Virus record (IMG/VR): IMGVR_UViG_2875713109_000008
Coordinates: 1-14,940 of that record
DNA: 14,940 nt
Direction: 5' to 3' (one strand)
Source of the DNA: a virus
Lineage: Duplodnaviria > Heunggongvirae > Uroviricota > Caudoviricetes
Shown here: positions 9,343-14,940 of the stretch, one piece after another
Layout of the letters: each line of letters begins with the position of its first letter
Position numbering within the stretch: the stretch's first letter is position 1
The notes under the pieces: model-generated
Seen by the model: only the letters and a program-made list of their open reading frames with translations
Databases searched by the model: none
Told to the model about the DNA's origin: nothing
Made by a program: the position numbers and the translations under genes

Positions 9343-9561
9343 TCATAGCTGAAGGCGTCTGTAACAGCCGAACTGGTAATCTGCCAGCCCCGCCATAACC
9401 AACTGGGTCAGTATTAACTGACAGCGTTCGCGTGAAAGATATGTGTTTTGTGCAATCTCCCCGACTGTTGCCGGTTCGATGCTTAATTCATTAAAAACAA
9501 CTTTCGCCGTTTCTGTCATATCTTGCTGTTTTAACATGTCTTTTTTCCTTCTGGTTAACAT
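9343..9561 (-). CDS. Small hypothetical protein (72 aa), possibly helix-turn-helix-like
   Basis: ORF only; segment ATVGEIAQNTYLSRERCQLILTQLVMAGL resembles a DNA-binding helix pair. No clear ribosome-binding site, so start is uncertain. Confidence 0.35.
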   Translation of the reverse strand: MLTRRKKDMLKQQDMTETAKVVFNELSIEPATVGEIAQNTYLSRERCQLILTQLVMAGLADYQFGCYRRLQL

Positions 9562-9658
9562 GACATACCAATAACTCTTGTCTAAAAAGCCAGCAAGATA
9601 AAAAGTCAGTATTCACGACCACCAGCGTGTTTACCGTACTGCACCAGGTTTACAGGTA

Positions 9659-9685
9659 CAAAAAAACCCGCTCGACGGCGGGTTT
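9659..9685 (-). terminator. Strong rho-independent terminator on the late (minus) strand downstream of the antisense side of the OLD-like gene
   Basis: On the minus strand a CCCGC/GCGGG hairpin is followed by seven T; on the plus strand it is preceded by an A-tract, so it could act in both directions. Confidence 0.6.
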
Positions 9686-9788
9686 AAGTTGTGTGGCGAA
9701 GTAACCACTCTTGAGAGCATATCTGATTATTTACGATTGTAAATAATATATTCCCCCCCAATAATTAGATTGAGAAAACATTACCATA

Positions 9789-9817
9789 TTGATAATAAGG
9801 CAATTGACATAATTATA
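9789..9817 (+). promoter_or_regulatory. Candidate sigma70 promoter for the OLD-like gene (TTGATA, 17-bp spacer, ATTATA) in AT-rich leader
   Basis: Hexamers seen by eye in the AT-rich region; many alternatives exist there, so this is tentative. Confidence 0.25.
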
Positions 9818-9950
9818 AAAATCATTCTTGGTTGATTTTAAAACAACAAATGCACGATATTTACCCAATCATTGATGAATACATCTCTAAATGTTATAAA
9901 TTTATTGTTTTTCTAAAGATAACTCTCATTCATATCAGGAAAGATAAAAA

Positions 9951-11402
9951 ATGTCAGACATAAAAAATATACTAAAATGCATGTACTTTGATAAAAATAG
10001 ATACTCAAACTTTGGCTCCGTAATTAAAAGTCTAGAGATAAATGGATTTCGAGGAATAAAAAAACTAACATTAAATATAAATTTTCCGGTAACTGCAATA
10101 TCAGGGCTAAACGGCGCTGGGAAAAGCACTCTTGGGCAGTTAGCAATATGCGCATATAAAAAACCAGTTACAGCCCGTGAATATAAGAGATTATATATTA
10201 AAGATTTTTTCCCTGTATCTAAAGCCGATCCAGCCCCTTTCGATAATGACGCCAGTGTCATTTATAAATATGAAACAAATGATTCAACGAAAACACAAGA
10301 TGTGACTGTCACTCGCATAAAGTCTTCTTGGTCTGGATATAAAAGACAACCAGAAAGACACTGTTTTTACATTGGTTTTACTGTCTATATTCCAAAAGTA
10401 GAACGTAGAGATATAAGTGTTTATGGCGGTAAAGACTTTGATTTAACAGAGAGAAGAAGCGTCGACCATTCAGTAATATTGAAGATGGCAAAAATAATAG
10501 GTCATCCATATGATGATATCGCATTCCAAGGAATTTCTCATAGAGCACGTCGTTCAGAAATTGGTATTGTTGAAAGACTTGGGTATTCTTATTCTGAAAA
10601 TAACATGGGGTTTGGCGAAGGAAGAGTTCTTTATACGGTTGATATGCTTGAAACAGCTCCAGAGCAAAGTCTTTTCGTACTAGAAGAACCAGAAACATCT
10701 CTTCATGAAAGCGCACAGTATGAATTTGCAAAATATTTAATGGAAGTATGTCAACGTAGAAAACATCAAATAATATTATCAACACACTCAAGTGTGATAT
10801 TAAATGCTTTACCTCCTGATGCACGAAAATTACTTATTAGAGATCAGACTGGTGTCTATATCAAAGATGGAATTTCAACAACTCATGTGAGATCAATACT
10901 GTCTGATGGGCAGTTTAAAGGGCTGCATATTTGCGTAGAAGACCAGTTTGCAAAAGTTTTACTTAGTGAAGTAATTAGAGCAAAGCGGAGAGACATTCTT
11001 AAATCCATTCAAATCACTGATATTGGAGATAAAGATGCAGTCCGACAAGCAGTCGAGGTATTCAAGAAAGCAGGCCTTAATGTTATTGCCGTAAGAGATG
11101 CAGATGTTGGAGAAAACATTAAAGATGATTTATTTTCTTTCCCTGGCAATAGGCCACCAGAAGTAGAAGTATTTCAACATGAGGAAGTAAAAAAATTCCT
11201 CTACAAGGAGTATCATATTGATTTTGATTGGTTAATAAAAAAGGAAGGGATTAGTGATCATCACAATTACACTCAAGCAATTGCTAAAGAAGCAGAATGT
11301 GAGGAGGAAGTAATTAGAACTTTAGCAATTAAAAAATATATTGAAATTATTGATGAGAAATTTGACCCACTTATTACAAATATAGTAAGCAAAATAAAAT
11401 AA
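9951..11402 (+). CDS. OLD-family-like protein: N-terminal ABC-type ATPase fused to C-terminal TOPRIM-like domain; candidate defence or superinfection-exclusion nuclease
   Basis: 483 aa. Walker A GLNGAGKST (nt 10104-10130), Walker B LFVLEEPETSLH (from nt 10671), H-loop ILSTHSS, then ICVEDQ (Glu) and IAVRDADVGE (DxD) TOPRIM-like motifs. AGGAAA ribosome-binding site before ATG. Opposite strand to the flanking phage genes and much more AT-rich than them. Confidence 0.6.
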   Translation: MSDIKNILKCMYFDKNRYSNFGSVIKSLEINGFRGIKKLTLNINFPVTAISGLNGAGKSTLGQLAICAYKKPVTAREYKRLYIKDFFPVSKADPAPFDNDASVIYKYETNDSTKTQDVTVTRIKSSWSGYKRQPERHCFYIGFTVYIPKVERRDISVYGGKDFDLTERRSVDHSVILKMAKIIGHPYDDIAFQGISHRARRSEIGIVERLGYSYSENNMGFGEGRVLYTVDMLETAPEQSLFVLEEPETSLHESAQYEFAKYLMEVCQRRKHQIILSTHSSVILNALPPDARKLLIRDQTGVYIKDGISTTHVRSILSDGQFKGLHICVEDQFAKVLLSEVIRAKRRDILKSIQITDIGDKDAVRQAVEVFKKAGLNVIAVRDADVGENIKDDLFSFPGNRPPEVEVFQHEEVKKFLYKEYHIDFDWLIKKEGISDHHNYTQAIAKEAECEEEVIRTLAIKKYIEIIDEKFDPLITNIVSKIK

Positions 11403-11412
11403 CAAACCAGCA

Positions 11413-11447
11413 GGCGCTAATTACTAAAAACCTTGTACATTAGCGCC
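11413..11447. terminator. 9-bp perfect inverted repeat (GGCGCTAAT / ATTAGCGCC, 17-nt loop) between the convergent OLD-like gene and Q; candidate tR'-like or convergent terminator
   Basis: Seen directly; on the minus strand a T-rich tract follows (TGGTTTGTTATTTTATTTT); on the plus strand the U-tract is weak. Confidence 0.4.
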
Positions 11448-11574
11448 ACCCTCAAATAAATCAGTGGTTATTAAATCCCCACAAAAACATTAATATAAAG
11501 CACAAACAGTCCACCCTCCTTAATTTCATGCTAACAATACAAATTAAAAATCCAGATACTCATAAAATATCTTT

Positions 11575-11946
11575 CTAGATATTTGAGTCCATTTCCAATT
11601 CTATTTCTAACATTATCAACATACCTTCAATGATGCCTTCTGCCTTTTGCAATAAGCGCCCAACCCAGCAATCAGAACGCCCATGTTTACGGGCAAGCGC
11701 CATAAACGTCATACCACCTACATAATAATCTACTAATAAATCGTGCAAATCGCTGTTGTTCTTTTTCAGACGGGCCATGCACCCGCAAATGATCATCGCG
11801 TCATCGTCACAACATTGCGGGCGGGATTTTACTTTTGAAGGAAGTAATCCCTTAAAACCGGCAGCAATGGACGACCAGGTCACATCCTCATGATTATTAG
11901 CCGCCCATGCCCCCCAACGTTCAAGAACCATTTGAATATCACGCAT
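11575..11946 (-). CDS. Q: Late-gene antiterminator Q, phage 21/82 (QuuD-like) family
   Basis: [62 protein letters not shown]... with a cysteine-rich zinc-binding-like motif. GGAGG ribosome-binding site before ATG at 11946; an alternative upstream ATG at 11961 has none. Confidence 0.8.
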   Translation of the reverse strand: MRDIQMVLERWGAWAANNHEDVTWSSIAAGFKGLLPSKVKSRPQCCDDDAMIICGCMARLKKNNSDLHDLLVDYYVGGMTFMALARKHGRSDCWVGRLLQKAEGIIEGMLIMLEIELEMDSNI

Positions 11947-12091
11947 CAACTTCCTCCACAAAATCAGGCCAGCACGCCTATTGCCAACACACGGTCGATA
12001 AAACGAAATATCAGCTCCAGCTGGGAGCCATACTTCTCTTCAAATGCCACGGTATCCATTTTTCAACAATGTCACAGCAAGAGGTGAAATA

Positions 12092-12442
12092 ATGGAGCCA
12101 TACAGCCTCACACTCGATGAGGCCTGTCATTTTCTCAAGATATCCAGACCGACTGCCATTAACTGGATACGCACAGGGCGTCTTCAGGCAACACGCAAAG
12201 ATCCCACTAAGAATAAATCTCCTTACCTCACAACACGACAAGCCTGCATTGCGGCTCTTCAGTCTCCGCTGCATACTGTCCAGGTGAGCGCGGGTGATGG
12301 CATAACAGAGGAAAGAAAATGTCACTCTTCCGCAGAGGTGAAATATGGTACGCCAGTTTCACATTGCCGAACGGTAAAAGATTTAAACAGTCTCTTGGAA
12401 CAAAGGACAAAAGGCAGGCGACAGAACTCCATGACAAGCTAA
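12092..12442 (+). CDS. xis: Excisionase Xis, P22 type (116 aa)
   Basis: [38 protein letters not shown]... with GAGGTG ribosome-binding site; overlaps int by 124 bp. Confidence 0.8.
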   Translation: MEPYSLTLDEACHFLKISRPTAINWIRTGRLQATRKDPTKNKSPYLTTRQACIAALQSPLHTVQVSAGDGITEERKCHSSAEVKYGTPVSHCRTVKDLNSLLEQRTKGRRQNSMTS

Positions 12443-13482
12443 AGGCTGAAGCATGGCGGGTCAGCAAACTTGGTGAAATACCTGATATAACGTTCGAGGA
12501 AGCGTGTGTCAGGTGGCTTGAAGAGAAAGCACATAAAAAATCACTGGACGATGACAAAAGCCGGATCGGATTCTGGCTTCAACATTTCGCAGGAATGCAA
12601 CTAAGAGACATTACTGAATCAAAAATTTATTCAGCAATGCAGAAAATGACGAACCGGCGTCATGAGGAAAACTGGAGACTCAGGGCAGAAGCATGCAGAA
12701 AAAAAGGGAAACCTGTTCCAGAATACACGCCAAAACCAGCGTCCGTTGCAACGAAGGCTACGCATCTTTCATTTATAAAGGCCCTACTAAGAGCCGCAGA
12801 GCGTGAATGGAAAATGCTGGATAAGGCACCAATTATTAAAGTGCCTCAACCAAAGAATAAACGGATCCGCTGGCTGGAGCCCCATGAAGCACAAAGGCTG
12901 ATTGATGAATGTCCGGAGCCATTAAAGTCTGTTGTTGAATTTGCACTGGCAACAGGCTTAAGACGCTCGAACATCATCAACCTTGAATGGCAACAAATAG
13001 ACATGCAGCGCCGGGTGGCATGGATAAACCCGGAAGAGAGTAAATCAAACCGCGCAATTGGCGTTGCGCTGAATGATACTGCATGTCGCGTTTTGAAAAA
13101 ACAAATCGGGAATCATCACCGTTGGGTATTTGTGTACAAGGAAAGCTGTACCAAACCAGACGGAACGAAAGCGCCAACAGTAAGGAAGATGCGGTATGAC
13201 GCAAACACAGCCTGGAAAGCGGCGCTGAGACGGGCTGGTATTGATGATTTCAGATTTCACGACTTGAGACACACCTGGGCAAGTTGGCTGGTTCAAGCCG
13301 GAGTCCCGTTGTCAGTGTTACAGGAAATGGGAGGCTGGGAGTCTATCGAAATGGTTCGTCGATATGCTCACCTTGCACCTAATCACCTTACCGAACACGC
13401 ACGGCAAATAGACTCGATCCTGAACCCATCGGTCCCAAATTTGTCCCAGTCAAAAAATAAGGAAGGTACTAATGATGTGTAA
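12319..13482 (+). CDS. int: Tyrosine integrase, P22 Int type (thrW-specific)
   Basis: 387 aa, [48 protein letters not shown]... with C-terminal catalytic region [10 protein letters not shown]...VRRYAHL; ends 14 nt from the tRNA-Thr 3' end. Confidence 0.95.
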   Translation: MSLFRRGEIWYASFTLPNGKRFKQSLGTKDKRQATELHDKLKAEAWRVSKLGEIPDITFEEACVRWLEEKAHKKSLDDDKSRIGFWLQHFAGMQLRDITESKIYSAMQKMTNRRHEENWRLRAEACRKKGKPVPEYTPKPASVATKATHLSFIKALLRAAEREWKMLDKAPIIKVPQPKNKRIRWLEPHEAQRLIDECPEPLKSVVEFALATGLRRSNIINLEWQQIDMQRRVAWINPEESKSNRAIGVALNDTACRVLKKQIGNHHRWVFVYKESCTKPDGTKAPTVRKMRYDANTAWKAALRRAGIDDFRFHDLRHTWASWLVQAGVPLSVLQEMGGWESIEMVRRYAHLAPNHLTEHARQIDSILNPSVPNLSQSKNKEGTNDV

Positions 13483-13496
13483 CTTATTGATTTTAA

Positions 13497-13572
13497 TGGT
13501 GCCGATAATAGGAGTCGAACCTACGACCTTCGCATTACGAATGCGCTGCTCTACCAACTGAGCTATATCGGC
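13497..13572 (-). tRNA. thrW: tRNA-Thr (anticodon CGU)
   Basis: Minus strand GCCGATATAGCTCAGTTGGTAGAGCAGCGCATTCGTAATGCGAAGGTCGTAGGTTCGACTCCTATTATCGGCACCA folds as a cloverleaf with CGT in the anticodon loop and a CCA end. Confidence 0.9.
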
Positions 13573-13686
13573 CCTGAAAGGACATGTTCACGAACGTGAA
13601 TCACGGTGGACAAGGTTAAAACTAACCGGGCGATGCGTCAATGGCCTTGTGAATCAAATGGCTACTTTTGCATCACCCGGTTTTAT

Positions 13687-14940
13687 TTACGCACGAATGG
13701 TGTAATCACCAATGCCGATCCACTTGTAAGTGGTCAGTGCTTCCAGCCCCATTGGGCCACGCGCGTGGAGTTTTTGTGTGCTTACCGCCACTTCCGCACC
13801 CAGACCAAACTGGCCGCCGTCGGTAAAACGCGTAGAGGCGTTAACGTAAACAGCGGACGAATCCACTTCGTTAACAAAACGCTGGGCGTTGCGCATATCG
13901 CGGGTCAGGATCGCATCGGAGTGTTGTGTGCCGTGTTCACGAATATGGGCGATGGCATCGTCAAGATCGCTGACGATTTTGACGTTCAAATCTAATGACA
14001 GAAACTCATCGTCATACTCTTCGGCTTTAACAGCAACCACCTTCGCAGGGCCTGCCTGCAACTGCGCCAGTGCAGCTGCATCTGCGTGTAATGTCACGCC
14101 GCTTTCCGCCATTTGTTTGCTTAATGCGGGCAGGAAGCTATCGGCGATGTTTTTATTCACCAGCAACGTTTCAACCGTATTACATGTGCTCGGACGCTGA
14201 GTTTTCGCGTTGACGATCACTTTTAATGCTTCAGCGATCTCTACACTTTCATCAACGTAAATATGGCATACGCCTATACCACCTGTGATCACCGGGATTG
14301 TCGACTGTTCACGGCACAGTTTATGCAAACCAGCGCCACCACGCGGGATCAGCATGTCGATGTATTTATCCATACGCAGCATTTCACTGACCAGCGCACG
14401 GTCAGGATTATCAATCGCCTGCACGGCACCCGCCGGTAAGCCGCAGGATTTCAGGGCGTCCTGAATCACCGCCACCGTTGCAGCGTTAGTGCGACACGTT
14501 TCTTTGCCACCGCGCAGGATCACCGCATTACCGGTTTTCAGGCACAGCGAAGCGACATCAACCGTCACGTTCGGGCGCGCTTCATAAATCACGCCAATAA
14601 CCCCCAGCGGTACGCGACGACGCTCAAGACGCAGGCCGCTGTCCAGTACGCTGCCATCGATTACCTGCCCCACCGGATCGGCGAGGTTACACACCTGGCG
14701 CACATCATCGGCAATGCCTTTCAGCCGTGCGGGCGTCAGTGCCAGACGGTCAAGCATCGCTTCGCCAAGGCCATTGGCACGCGCGTCAGCAACATCCTGG
14801 GCGTTAGCGTTGAGGATGATTTCGCTTTGTGCTTCCAGTTCATCGGCGATTTTTTCCAGCACGCGATTTTTTTCGCGGCTGGAGAGTTGCGCTAATTTAT
14901 ACGAGGCTTGCTTCGCGGCAATGCCCATTTGTTCCAGCAT
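13687..14940 (-). CDS. proA: Gamma-glutamyl phosphate reductase (proline biosynthesis)
   Basis: Complete 417-aa [53 protein letters not shown]...; aldehyde dehydrogenase-like fold; start codon at the window's last base. Confidence 0.96.
   Translation of the reverse strand: MLEQMGIAAKQASYKLAQLSSREKNRVLEKIADELEAQSEIILNANAQDVADARANGLGEAMLDRLALTPARLKGIADDVRQVCNLADPVGQVIDGSVLDSGLRLERRRVPLGVIGVIYEARPNVTVDVASLCLKTGNAVILRGGKETCRTNAATVAVIQDALKSCGLPAGAVQAIDNPDRALVSEMLRMDKYIDMLIPRGGAGLHKLCREQSTIPVITGGIGVCHIYVDESVEIAEALKVIVNAKTQRPSTCNTVETLLVNKNIADSFLPALSKQMAESGVTLHADAAALAQLQAGPAKVVAVKAEEYDDEFLSLDLNVKIVSDLDDAIAHIREHGTQHSDAILTRDMRNAQRFVNEVDSSAVYVNASTRFTDGGQFGLGAEVAVSTQKLHARGPMGLEALTTYKWIGIGDYTIRA

Larger units (their letters stand above)
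1..13496. mobile_element. Degraded mosaic lambdoid prophage integrated at thrW; left boundary lies outside the window
   Basis: Contiguous phage modules (int/xis, Q, lysis cassette, bor, cos-like end, lom fragment, stf, tfa) ending beside the tRNA-Thr 3' end at 13497. Early and morphogenesis regions are absent. Confidence 0.85.

Noticed and set aside
10378-10824. 148-aa minus-strand ORF inside the OLD-like gene
   Set aside because: Antisense to a gene with clear ATPase motifs; its open frame is explained by the AT-rich composition.
9562-11574. Shiga toxin or another toxin cargo, since this is the Q-to-S slot that holds stx in Stx phages
   Set aside because: No ORF here resembles the StxA/StxB A1B5 architecture (a roughly 315-aa plus a roughly 89-aa secreted pair), and no tRNA genes of the kind found beside stx are present.
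11962-12091. An attachment site or IS remnant marking the early-region deletion between Q and xis
   Set aside because: No terminal inverted repeats, transposase fragment or target-site duplication visible; the junction looks like a simple deletion but cannot be resolved without a reference.
13606-14200. Plus-strand ORFs (13606-13995, 13889-14200) overlapping proA
   Set aside because: Antisense to a complete, highly recognisable proA; no independent support.

Overview
The window holds the thrW/proA-proximal end of a degraded, mosaic lambdoid prophage (about 1-13496, continuing past the left edge), followed by host tRNA-Thr and a complete proA. Read on the minus strand the phage order is Q, a moron slot, pinholin S, SAR endolysin R, Rz/Rz1, bor (opposite strand), three small lambda right-end ORFs, a cos-like right end, a 5'-truncated lom, stf and tfa; a P22-type xis/int pair sits on the plus strand against thrW. 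Two large blocks are missing: the whole immunity/replication region (xis directly abuts Q) and the whole head/tail morphogenesis region (the cos-like end is fused to the interior of lom). The most interesting item is a visibly AT-rich insert between Q and the lysis genes encoding a 483-aa protein with an ABC-type ATPase N-terminus and a TOPRIM-like C-terminus (OLD-family architecture), a candidate prophage-borne anti-phage defence gene, next to an orphan beta-class DNA methyltransferase. There are also three exact duplications: a 134-bp tandem repeat that frameshifts Rz into the Rz1 frame, and two 129-bp repeats bridged by 21 N each with a 150-bp period, which look like assembly artefacts. All homology statements rest on reading the translations and recalled family knowledge; no searches were run.
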